This document shows, in pieces, positions 1 to 9,555 of a stretch of 64,000 bases of DNA. Every line of letters starts with the position of its first letter. Positions within the stretch are counted from its first letter, which is position 1. The translations under genes and the position numbers were made by a program. Origin of the DNA: an uncultured Gemmatimonadaceae bacterium (GTDB taxonomy: Bacteria > Gemmatimonadota > Gemmatimonadetes > Gemmatimonadales > Gemmatimonadaceae); NCBI GenBank assembly GCA_963843845.1, contig CAWJMB010000002.1, forward strand, positions 672,001-736,000. The letters are read 5' to 3'. The notes under the pieces were generated by a model that did not search any database, was not told where the DNA came from, and saw only the letters and a program-made list of their open reading frames with translations.

Positions 1-2025
1 CTGCGCGAGCGGGTGGGTGGTGTCGAGCTCGATGCGGAAGATCGACCCGGGCGCGTAGAAGTCGGTGGGGCGCGCGTCGGCCAGCACGTTCTTGACCGGA
101 AGGGCGAGCGCCTCGATCGCGTAGTCGCTCGCGTCGTTGAACGCGAGCACGGTGCCGCCGTTCTCGACGAACGCCTTCAGCGCCGCGGCGCCTTCCGCGC
201 CGACGCCGCCCTTGAGCGAGTCGGGGTATGCGCCGCCGGGCCCGCCGGCGATCGCGCGCGACGCCTGGTCCGGCAGGATGAGCGCGTCGAACTTCGCGTT
301 CAGGTTGCCGGCGCGCAGATCCTTCGCGTGCACGACGGTGAACGGGATGCGGTGCTGATCGAGCACCCACCGCGTCCACCCCTCGTCCATCGACGGCGAG
401 TAGTTCTGGAAGATGGCGACGCGCCGCGCGCGACTGTTCGTGAGCCCGCGCGCGACCCACGGCGTCTGCGCGACGCTCGGCATCGGCACGCTCGCCGCCG
501 TCACCGAATCCTTGATGAACGCGACGTCGAAGCCCATCAACAGCGGGAGCGTGTGCGCGGTGACGTCGTACGGCCGCTTCGGCGGCCCGCCCGGATACTC
601 GTACAGATTCGGGTACGTCTGCCGTTCGAGCAGCGATTTCGCGAACGCGCCGTACGGCTGCGCCGTGTAGATGACGACGCTCCCCGCCGGATACGTGGTG
701 CCGTTCGCCGAGAACGCCGCCGTCGCGCGCCGCAGCTCGACCTGGCCGCGCTGCAGGATGCGCACGGCCGCGTTCACCGCCGTGTCGCGCGACGGCTGCG
801 CCGGGATGACGATCGTCGCGGGCCAGTCGGAGCGTCCGGGCGCCTTGCTGCCCAGCAGCGCGTTCCGCTGTACCTGCACGGCGCTCGACACCCACTGCGC
901 GCGGTCGTCCGCCGCCTGCGCGAGCAGCGCGATCGTCGCGGCGGTCTGGTACGTCACGATGTCGCCGATCGTCCACCGCCCGCCCGGCCACACCGACAGG
1001 AAGTCGACTCCCGCCTGCTTCGGGTCGACGTTGTAGCCCGGGCGCAGCGACGCGAACGGCACGTCGATCGGCGACGCCATGTTCGCGCTCGCCGTCTCGG
1101 TGAGGATGCGGATCGCCCCGTGGTAGTGCTGGAACGCGCGCGCCGGCGTCCACGCGTCGTAACTCGTGTTGTTCGCGACGCCGGTGAATCCCTGCGACAG
1201 CATGCGCCACGTCATCGCCTTCCCCATCTGCGCGACGCCGGCCATGAGGATCGGGTCGATGTTCGGCTCGATCGGATCCATGTACGGCGGGATGAAGATG
1301 CGCGTCCCGTTCGCCCCCTGCTGGTGGATGTCGTTCACGATCTGGGGGTGCCACACGTTGTACAGCGAGTCGATCACCATCCGCGTCTCGGCCTGCGTGA
1401 ACGCGTACCAGTCGCGGTTGTTGTCGTGCCCCGTGTAGTAGTGGTAGAGCAGCGGGGGCTGCGACCCTTCCCACGCGGTGCCTAACGACGCGCGATACCA
1501 GTCGCCGACGATGTCCACCCCGTCGGGGTTGAGGCTCGGGACGAGGATCACGATCGCGTCGCGGCGGATCGCCTTCGCCTCCTCGTCCTCACCGCCCGCG
1601 ACACGCTCGGCGATCTTGAGGGGCGACATGATGCCGCCGACCTCGGTCGAGTGAATGCTCGACGTCACGAGCACGACGACCTTGTCGGTGCCCAACGCCT
1701 GCCGTACCGCCTCCGGCGACGCGCCGCGCGGGTCGGCGAGCAGGCGTTGCGCCTCCTGGTAGCGCGACAGATTCGCGATCGTCGCCTCGTCGCTCAGGAA
1801 CGCCGCGATGAACGGCCGCCCGAGCGTCGTCCGGCCTAACGTCTTCACCGTGACGCGCGGCGACGCCGCGTCGAGCGCCTGGAAGTACGCGACGACTTGC
1901 CGCCACTCGGGGAGCCGCCGGTCCGTGCCGGGCTCCCAGCCGAGGACCGAAGTCGGGGTCGGGAGCTGCGCGGCGAGGGCGGCGGGAAGGGCCGCGACGA
2001 GGGCGGCGAGCAGGCGGAGGCGCAT
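1..2025 (-). CDS. M14 family zinc carboxypeptidase, secreted (runs off the left edge; apparent frameshift near 1590-1600)
   Basis: Manual minus-strand translation from ATG 2025: signal peptide MRLRLLAALVAALPAALAAQ, then SSIHSTE (HxxE), NPDG, HDNNRDWY, DIHQQG. The full CDS is absent from the ORF track because it has no stop in the window. Confidence 0.85.
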   Translation of the reverse strand, partial: MRLRLLAALVAALPAALAAQLPTPTSVLGWEPGTDRRLPEWRQVVAYFQALDAASPRVTVKTLGRTTLGRPFIAAFLSDEATIANLSRYQEAQRLLADPRGASPEAVRQALGTDKVVVLVTSSIHSTEVGGIMSPLKIAERVAGGEDEEAKAIRRDAIVILVPSLNPDGVDIVGDWYRASLGTAWEGSQPPLLYHYYTGHDNNRDWYAFTQAETRMVIDSLYNVWHPQIVNDIHQQGANGTRIFIPPYMDPIEPNIDPILMAGVAQMGKAMTWRMLSQGFTGVANNTSYDAWTPARAFQHYHGAIRILTETASANMASPIDVPFASLRPGYNVDPKQAGVDFLSVWPGGRWTIGDIVTYQTAATIALLAQAADDRAQWVSSAVQVQRNALLGSKAPGRSDWPATIVIPAQPSRDTAVNAAVRILQRGQVELRRATAAFSANGTTYPAGSVVIYTAQPYGAFAKSLLERQTYPNLYEYPGGPPKRPYDVTAHTLPLLMGFDVAFIKDSVTAASVPMPSVAQTPWVARGLTNSRARRVAIFQNYSPSMDEGWTRWVLDQHRIPFTVVHAKDLRAGNLNAKFDALILPDQASRAIAGGPGGAYPDSLKGGVGAEGAAALKAFVENGGTVLAFNDASDYAIEALALPVKNVLADARPTDFYAPGSIFRIELDTTHPLAQ

Positions 2026-2160
2026 GAGCACGGAAGGGCGTGGTCGGCGAGGGGCGTCCCGTACTCTACGCTGCGGGCGCGCCAGAACAACGCCCCCCTC
2101 TGCCGCCGCGTATACTCCCCGGCGTCCGTCCGCCGCGTCACCCCACCGCTGCCCATCTCC

Positions 2161-5005
2161 ATGCTCACCCTGCCCCTCCGCCGCTCCCTCGGTGCGTCGG
2201 CCCTGCTCGCCGCCATGCTGCTGCCGGCCGCGGCGACCGCCCAGCGCCGCATCACGACGCCGAAGGAGGAATTCGGCTTCAACATCGGCGACGACTACCA
2301 GCCTCGCGAACTACACGCAGTTCGAGAAGTACTGGCGCAAGCTCGCGACCGAGAGTCGACCGCGCGAAGCTCGTCGAGATCGGCAAGAGCGAGGAGGGGC
2401 GTCCGCAGCTGATGATGATCATCTCGTCGCCGGCGAACCTCGCGAAGCTCGACCGCTACAAGGAGATCTCGCGCCGCCTCGCGTTAGGCCTCAGCGCGCG
2501 ACTCGAACGAGGCGCGCGCGCTCGCGAAGGAAGGCAAGGCGGTCGTCTGGATCGACGGCGGCCTGCACGCCACCGAGGTGCTGGGCGCCGCGCAGCTCAT
2601 CGAGACCGTCGTACCAGCTGCTGTCGCAAGACCGACGTCGAGACGATGCGCTTCCTCGACGACTGCATCATCCTCGTCGGCGCACGCGAACCCCGACGGG
2701 ATGGAGCTCGTGTCGAACTGGTACATGAAGGACGCGGACGACGAAGAAGCGCGAGCATGAACATCCCGCGTCTCTACCAGAAGTACGCGGGGCACGACAA
2801 CAACCGCGACTTCTACATGTCGAACACAGAAGGAGTCGCAGAACGTCAACCACGTGTTCTACTGGGAGTGGTTCCCGCAGATCGTCTACAACCACCACCA
2901 GACCGGGCCGGCCGGCACGGTGATGTTCGCGCCGCCGTTCCGCGACCCGTTCAACTACAACTTCGACCCGCTCATCCCGGTCGGCATCGACCTCGTCGCG
3001 GCGTCGATGCACTCGCGCTTCGAGGCCGAGGGCAAGCCGGGCGTCACGATGCGTTCCGGCTCGACGTACTCGACGTGGTGGAACGGCGGCCTGCGCACGA
3101 CGGTCGTACTTCCACAACATGATCGGCCTGCTCACGGAGACGATCGGCAACCCGACGCCGACGACGCATCCCGTTCATCCCCGAGCAGCAGCTGCCGCGC
3201 GCCGACCTGCCGTATCCCGATCGCGCCGCAGGAGTGGCACTTCCGCCAGTCGATCGACTACTCGCTGACCGCGAACTGCGCGGTGCTCGACATCGCAGCC
3301 GCGCAGCGCGAGAACCTGCTGTTCAACATCTGGCAGATGGGCCAGCAACTCGATCGACCGCGGCATCGCGCGACTCGTGGACGACGACGCCGAGCGAGAT
3401 CGACAGCGTGCGGAAGCTCGCCGAAGCGCGCGAGCCCGCGCCGCGCGGCCGGCGGTCCCGTCGGCGACGCGACCGGCGCCGGCAGCGCCGTCGCCTGACC
3501 GGCCGAGCAGTTCCGCACACTTCCTGCGCGACCCGGCCAAGCGCGACCCGCGCGGCTACATCCTCCCGAGCGACCAGCCCGACTTCCCGACGGCGACGAA
3601 GTTCATCAACGCGCTGCGCCACGCGGGCGTCGACGATGCACCGCGCCACGGCGCCGTTCACGGTCGCGGGCAAGCGGTACCCGGCGGGCTCGTACGTCGT
3701 GAAGAGCGGCCCAGGCCTTCCGGCCGCACGTGCTCGACATGTTCGAGCCGCAGGACCACCCGAACGACTTCGCGTATCCGGGCGGCCCGCCGAAGCGCCC
3801 GTACGACAACGCCGGCTACACGCTCGCGTACCAGATGGGCGTGCAGTTCGACCGCATCCTCGACGGCTTCGACGTGTCGGGACTCACCGAGGTGCAGGGG
3901 CTGGCCGCGGTGCCGCCCGCCAAGATCGCGACGACGAGCGGCGCCGGCTATCTCGTCAGCCACGAGATGAACAACGCCTTTCTCGCCGTGAACAAGGCGC
4001 TGAAGGGCGGCGCGGACGTGTATCTGCTGAAGGCGCCGATGAAGGCCGGCTCGACGACCTACCCGGCCGGCACGTTCTGGATCGCGTCGAACCGCACGAC
4101 GACGACGATGATGCAGGACCTCGCCCGCACGCAGGGCGTCGCGTACGAAGCGACGTCGTCGCGCCCGAGCGGCGACGCGCAGAAGCTTCGCCAGATGCGC
4201 GTCGGCCTCGTCGACCAGTACGGCGGCTCGATGCCGTCCGGCTGGACGCGCCTGCATCTTCGAGCAGTACGACTTCCCGTACAGCGTCGTCTATCCGAAG
4301 GAGCTCGACGCCGGCAACCTCGCCGCGAAGTACGACGTGCTCGTCTTCCCGTCGGGCACCATTCCGGCGTTTCGCGAAGCGGCGTTCGGCGGGCGCGGCG
4401 GCGGCGGCTTCGGCGGCGGCGCGATGGACACGCTCTCGATCCCCGCGGAGTTCCGCCCCTGGCTCGGCCGCGCCACGGCCGACAAGCACGGTTCCGCAGA
4501 TCAAGCAGCTTCCTCGAGGCCGGCGGTACCGTCGTCGCCGTCGGCTCGTCGGCGAACCTCGGCTACCACCTCGGCCTGCCGATGGAGAACGCGCTGACCG
4601 AGAACGGCGGACGCGATCTCCCCGCGGACAAGTACTACATCCCCGGCTCGGTGCTGCGTGTCGCGGTCGACACGACGAAGGCGGTCTCGTACGGTGTCGG
4701 CACGAACGGCATGGTCGACGTCTTCTTCGACAACAGCCCCGCCTTCAAGCTCGGCGCCGACGCGGCGGCGAAGGGTGTTCGCCCGCTCGCCTGGTTCGAC
4801 ACGAAGACGCCGCTGCGCAGCGGGTGGGCGTGGGGGCAGACGTACCTCGATGGCGCCGTCCAGGCGGCGGAAGCGAAGGTCGGGCAGGGGAACGCTCTAC
4901 CTGTTCGCGCCGGAGATCACGTTCCGGGCGCAGCCGTATGGAACGTTCAAGTGGCTGTTCAACGGCATCTACTCGGCGCCGCCGGCGGGACCCACGGCGA
5001 TGTGA
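2161..5005 (+). CDS. M14 family zinc carboxypeptidase, secreted (multiple frameshifts)
   Basis: Pieces across frames: signal peptide, ITTPKEEFGFNIGDDY, GGLHATE, NPDG, HDNNRDF, YNHHQ, C-terminal GGSMPSGWTR and FRAQPYGTFK. Confidence 0.85.
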
Positions 5006-5036
5006 CGTCGTGCGGGGCAGGTGTACGGCGTGACGA

Positions 5037-5071
5037 CGAACGGCCCGCTCCGATGTGGAGCGGGCCGTTCG
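5037..5071 (+). terminator. Intrinsic terminator-like hairpin after the M14 gene
   Basis: CGAACGGCCCGCTCC-gatgt-GGAGCGGGCCGTTCG perfect inverted repeat. Confidence 0.7.
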
Positions 5072-5334
5072 CGCATCGGCCTGCGATCGTGTCGCTCGTC
5101 GCTGCCCCGGCGCTCGGCGATCCGAACGGTCGATGCGCGCGAGGGCGGCGCTCCATGTCAGCGCTCCGGGGGCAGCGCACCGCGGCGTCGCGCGACGTGA
5201 GGGGTGTCGCACCGCGTGTGCGGCACTGAGCGCGGGAAGAGCGATCCTCTGGGCGCGTGCCACGAAACACGCGCGCCGACCCGGGAACCGGATCGGCGCG
5301 CGCACCGCCGCCCGCGTGACGCGGACCGCTTCAA

Positions 5335-5407
5335 CTGGGGCGGGTGGATTCGAACCACCGATCTGCCGATTAACAGTCGGCTGCTTTGCCAGCTCAGCTA
5401 CGCCCCA
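5335..5407 (-). tRNA. tRNA-Asn (GTT), CCA not encoded
   Basis: Reverse complement TGGGGCGTAGCTGAGCTGGCAAAGCAGCCGACTGTTAATCGGCAGATCGGTGGTTCGAATCCACCCGCCCCAG folds as a cloverleaf with anticodon loop CTGTTAA and T-loop TTCGAAT. Confidence 0.93.
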
Positions 5408-5522
5408 TCGCACTCGGCCGCTCGCAGCGGCAGAGCGGCCGACGATCGCAAAGCTAAATCGTCGGACTGCCTTACGACAGGCGGGACTCGACGTTCTTCC
5501 CCCCGCTCGAGGAGACTCCGCA

Positions 5523-6986
5523 ATGACGCTCGCCCCTGTCGCGCATCGGCACGTCCGGCTCGTCGCGTCGCGCGCCGCGCTCGTCGCATTCTGCGTACTC
5601 GCCGAGGCGGCGAGTGCGCAACCGTTCGCCGTCGCCGAGCGCGTCCGCGTCGCCGAGTACAGCGGTCGGGCACAGCGGAGCGACGTCGTCGTCGCCGACG
5701 TGTCTGGATTCGCGACCGATCCCACGACGGACGTCGGTGTCTACTGGGCTGGTGGCCCGCGCTCCCCGCTGGGATCGTCGTTCGCCTTTCCCGGGGGCGC
5801 ACGGCTCCCCACGGAGCAGAGCGCCGCACGCTACCGGTCGGGGGCAGGCGATGCGTTCGACGGTGTGGCCCGGCTGCTGATCCGCGATGCGAACGGCGTC
5901 GCGCGGTCGGGGTGCACCGGGGCGTTGATCGGCGACCGCCACCTCCTCACCGCCGCCCACTGCGTGGCGAGCGACGCGTCGACGATCGTGGCCGGGAGCG
6001 TCGACGCGACGTTCCTGACCGCGGGGGGTACGCGGACGATCGGGTCGCGTGCGATCCACGTCATGCCAGGCTACACCGGCTCGGTCGTCGACACGCGCGA
6101 CGTCGCGATCGTCGAGCTCGAACGTGCGGCCGATCCGTGGATTCCGCGCTACGCGCTGTTCGGCGGCAATCCGCTGTTCGAGCCGATGATCCAGGTGGGC
6201 TACGGAATGACCGGCAACGGGATCACGGGCGCGGTCGTCAACACGCTGTTCGACGACGTCCCGACTCGGCGCCTGTCGTGGCAACGGTGGGAGCTCTCGG
6301 GCGACGAGGCGTTCGTGTACGCTGGCGGCGCGCCCGGCGGCGCGATCCTCTACGCGGACTTCGACGGCGGGAACGGCGCGACGCTCCGCTTCCCCGTCAC
6401 AGGCGAGTCGTACGGTGTCGGAACCCCCGACGACAACAACTACAACTGCCAGCTCAGCGCGGCGATCTTCTCGGACCTCGACCCGAGCCTCCTCGACGCG
6501 ATCTGCTTCGACGGGTTCTCCACGGATGAGCCGCCGCACGTCGGCTACGACGAGCTCGAGGGGGCGATCGGCGCCGGGGACTCGGGCGGGCCGGCGTTCG
6601 TCGTCGCCGCGGACGGGTCGCTGCAGATCGCCGGGGTCACGTCGTTCGGCGACTATTTCTGCGTCCCCGACCAGCGACTCGACGCGCTGACGGGGGTACC
6701 CGCGCCACGATCGGATCTCGAATGCCTCACCGTCGGCTTCCCGCGCGGCTACATCGCGGTGTCCGGCTTGTTCAGCACGCAGACCGGACACGTCTTCGTC
6801 GGCGCCGGTCCACAGCGCGCGTTCGTCGCCGCGGCACTCGTCCCCGAACCGGCGACCGCGTTACTTCTCGCCACCGGACTGCTCCCGGTCGTCTTCGTCG
6901 TTCGCCGACATTCGAGTCGATGCGCCGCTTCACATTCCGTTCGTCTCCGTCGACCGCGGTCCTCACGTCCGCCGCCGTCGCGCTGA
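5523..6986 (+). CDS. Trypsin-like (S1) serine protease with PEP-CTERM sorting signal
   Basis: CTGALI, LTAAHC, DVAIV, GDSGGP; C-terminal VPEPATALLLATGLLPVVFVVRR. Confidence 0.85.
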   Translation: MTLAPVAHRHVRLVASRAALVAFCVLAEAASAQPFAVAERVRVAEYSGRAQRSDVVVADVSGFATDPTTDVGVYWAGGPRSPLGSSFAFPGGARLPTEQSAARYRSGAGDAFDGVARLLIRDANGVARSGCTGALIGDRHLLTAAHCVASDASTIVAGSVDATFLTAGGTRTIGSRAIHVMPGYTGSVVDTRDVAIVELERAADPWIPRYALFGGNPLFEPMIQVGYGMTGNGITGAVVNTLFDDVPTRRLSWQRWELSGDEAFVYAGGAPGGAILYADFDGGNGATLRFPVTGESYGVGTPDDNNYNCQLSAAIFSDLDPSLLDAICFDGFSTDEPPHVGYDELEGAIGAGDSGGPAFVVAADGSLQIAGVTSFGDYFCVPDQRLDALTGVPAPRSDLECLTVGFPRGYIAVSGLFSTQTGHVFVGAGPQRAFVAAALVPEPATALLLATGLLPVVFVVRRHSSRCAASHSVRLRRPRSSRPPPSR

Positions 6987-7774
6987 GTGCATGCCTTCCG
7001 CGCGTGACGCGAGTCGCCGGCGCACAGTCGCCCGCCGTCGTGCGCCCGGCGCCGGTCGTCACGGTGGGCGACGGCGTCGTCGCGGGAAGCTTCACGGCCG
7101 GCGCGTTCGCCGCGCTCGCCGTCGACCGGCGCCTGGCCCACTGGACGCAGCGTCCGGAGCTGCAGCGTGACCGGGGGCTTCGACGGAGCTCGGCGGCGCT
7201 GCGGCTCGCCGCGCAGCCCGGCCTCGCCGTCGCGCTGCCGATCGTCTACGGCGTGGCGCGACTCCGCGACGATCGCACGACGGCGTCGACGGCGCTGCAC
7301 GCCGGCGAGGCGGTGGTGATCGGGAGCGTCGTGACGACGGCGATCAAGCTGACCGTCGGACGGGCGCGGCCGGCGGTGAGCATCGACGATCCGCACACGA
7401 TGCGCTCGCTGCGCGGTTCGTGGCGGAGTGGCGAGTTCCGGTCGTTCCCGTCGGGGCACACGACGATTGCCTTCGCCGTCGCGTCGGCGATCACAGCCGA
7501 GCAGACGCGACGGCGTCCCAACGATCGGTGGTCGAGTGGCGTGCCACTCTACGGGCTCGCGTCGCTCGTCGGGCTGTCGCGCATGTACGACAATCGCCAC
7601 TGGGCGAGCGATGTCGTCGCCGGCGCGGGCATCGGGACGCTCGCCGGCGTCACGGTCGTTCGCTTCAATCGCACGCGCCCCGACAACCGCGTCGACCGCT
7701 GGCTGCTCGGGGTCTCGCTCGGCGGCGATGGGCGTGCGGTGCCGCTCGTCGCCCGTCGCGCGGAACGCCGCTGA
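6920..7774 (+). CDS. PAP2 family phosphatase
   Basis: KLTVGRARP, SFPSGH, SRMYDNRHWASDV motifs. Confidence 0.85.
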   Translation: MRRFTFRSSPSTAVLTSAAVALSACLPRVTRVAGAQSPAVVRPAPVVTVGDGVVAGSFTAGAFAALAVDRRLAHWTQRPELQRDRGLRRSSAALRLAAQPGLAVALPIVYGVARLRDDRTTASTALHAGEAVVIGSVVTTAIKLTVGRARPAVSIDDPHTMRSLRGSWRSGEFRSFPSGHTTIAFAVASAITAEQTRRRPNDRWSSGVPLYGLASLVGLSRMYDNRHWASDVVAGAGIGTLAGVTVVRFNRTRPDNRVDRWLLGVSLGGDGRAVPLVARRAERR

Positions 7775-8016
7775 TCGCCGAGCGTCGTCTTCGCAGCAGC
7801 AGCGGGACGGCGCGCCGTGCCGCCGCCGCTCGGAATCGGTCGTCCGGCGTCCAGAAGGCGGCTGCGTACTGGCGCGACGGCGTCGGAACTGGTAGTGTGG
7901 CGCGCGTGCTGCGCGCTCACTGACCGTACTTCGAGATGGCGGTTGCGCCGCACGGCCCTCCCCTCAGCTCGGCGCTCGTGCCGCCGGGATGCCGTTCGAC
8001 GTCCTCCCCGCCCCCG

Positions 8017-9345
8017 ATGTCCCCCCGCCTCTCCACACGCGTCGCGCTCCTCACGATCGGCCTAGCTGGCGGTGCCGTCCGCATGCACGGCCAGGCCGTA
8101 CAGCAGCCGACCCAGGCGTCGCTGCCGTCGTTCTCTCCGATGGACGTCGCCGTTGGCAGCATCATCACGTCGTCGTACATCACCACGGCGGACAACGCGA
8201 ACCCCAACGGCGTCGGTGTCGCCACCGCTGCCACGCCGTCGGGGAGCTCGAGCGGCTACAACGATCCGGCGCTCGGGTTCAACAACGCGCGGTACTGGGC
8301 GAAGGACGCGCAGTACAGCGGCGTCACCCAGCTCATCATGAGCTACAGCACGCTCAACACGACGACGGGCGTACCAGGAGCCGCGTCGTTCATCTGCACC
8401 GGCGCGCTCATCAACAACGGCTTGTCGGTACTGACGGCCGCGCACTGCGTGAACAACTACGCGCAGACCGCGTCGAACGGGCAGACGACGACGTTCACGC
8501 TCACCGGCGTGCAAGTCCGTCTCGGGCAGCAGTTCGGCGGAAACACCACGGCGGAGCCCGGCGCCGGCGCGCCGAACACGAACCAGGCGTTCAACTACGT
8601 GCAGAACGTCGGCGCGTCGAGCGTCGTGATCCCGCCGGAGTACACCGGCTCGGTCATCGACCAGCGCGACATCGCCGTGATCAATCTGAGCACGATGGCG
8701 CCGTCGATCTACAGGTCGTACGAGCTGTACACCGGCAGTGCGATCGGGATGACGTACAACATCGCCGGGTGGGGCGGACGCGGGAATGGCAATGACGGCA
8801 CCTTCGCGAGCGGAGTGGCCGGCGGGCGTCTCCGGCAGGGGCTGAACATCTTCGATCTCTCCTACGCCGACGCGCGGTTCACTCCCGAGTTCATGACGTT
8901 CATGTTCGGCGCCGCGGGGGCGCAGGACGTCTACCTCTCGGACTTCGACAACGGCGTCGATGCGAACGACGCGCTGTGCCGGCTGTCGTTCGGAACGCTG
9001 AGCGGAACGCCGCTCTGGACCGGCGCGGCGCGACCGTGCAACACCGGTGTCGGGATCGACGAAGTCAGCAGCGCGGGCGGCGATTCGGGCGGGCCGTCGT
9101 TCATCGACGGCCGGATCGCCGCGATCACGTCGTTCGGGCAGACGTTCGGCCCCGGCTTCTTCGGCGACTTCAAGGCCGGCCTGAACTCATCGTTCGGCGA
9201 GATCAACGGCATGACCCGCGTCGACATCAACGCGGCGTGGGTCTCATCGGTCGTCGCACTCGCGGCGCCGGAGCCGGCGACGTTCGTGCTCGTCGGCGGC
9301 GGGTTGCTCCTGCTCGCCGCCGCGGCGCGCCGTCGTCAGGCCTGA
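8017..9345 (+). CDS. Trypsin-like (S1) serine protease with PEP-CTERM sorting signal
   Basis: CTGALI, LTAAHC, DIAVI, GDSGGP; C-terminal APEPATFVLVGGGLLLLAAAARRRQA. Confidence 0.88.
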   Translation: MSPRLSTRVALLTIGLAGGAVRMHGQAVQQPTQASLPSFSPMDVAVGSIITSSYITTADNANPNGVGVATAATPSGSSSGYNDPALGFNNARYWAKDAQYSGVTQLIMSYSTLNTTTGVPGAASFICTGALINNGLSVLTAAHCVNNYAQTASNGQTTTFTLTGVQVRLGQQFGGNTTAEPGAGAPNTNQAFNYVQNVGASSVVIPPEYTGSVIDQRDIAVINLSTMAPSIYRSYELYTGSAIGMTYNIAGWGGRGNGNDGTFASGVAGGRLRQGLNIFDLSYADARFTPEFMTFMFGAAGAQDVYLSDFDNGVDANDALCRLSFGTLSGTPLWTGAARPCNTGVGIDEVSSAGGDSGGPSFIDGRIAAITSFGQTFGPGFFGDFKAGLNSSFGEINGMTRVDINAAWVSSVVALAAPEPATFVLVGGGLLLLAAAARRRQA

Positions 9346-9555
9346 GCGACCGTCTCGCGCTTCGACCTTCGACGCGCATCGTGTTGTCGCATATCGACAT
9401 ACGAGCAGCGTTCCCCTAGCGGGAGCACTCGAGCGGGGCGATATTGCGGAGTACCGCACTCGTTCCGACACATCAGGCGCGCCTCGTGCAGCGCCTTCTG
9501 TCACGGCCTCGGCAGCGCTGCCGGGGCCGTCTCGCTTTTCAGGGTTGTGAGAACC

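Noticed and set aside
13..1485. Long Arg/Ala-rich ORFs in the track (13..1485, 9244..11043, 17889..20660, 59806..63210 and others)
   Set aside because: Antisense or off-frame shadows of real genes in high-GC DNA.
2161..5005. Frameshifts in the M14 genes, ettA, a kinase, a histidine kinase and the ABC genes as programmed frameshifting or pseudogenisation
   Set aside because: They are scattered 1-bp indels with no shared slippery motif and intact codon bias on both sides, including in conserved ettA; sequencing or assembly error is most likely.
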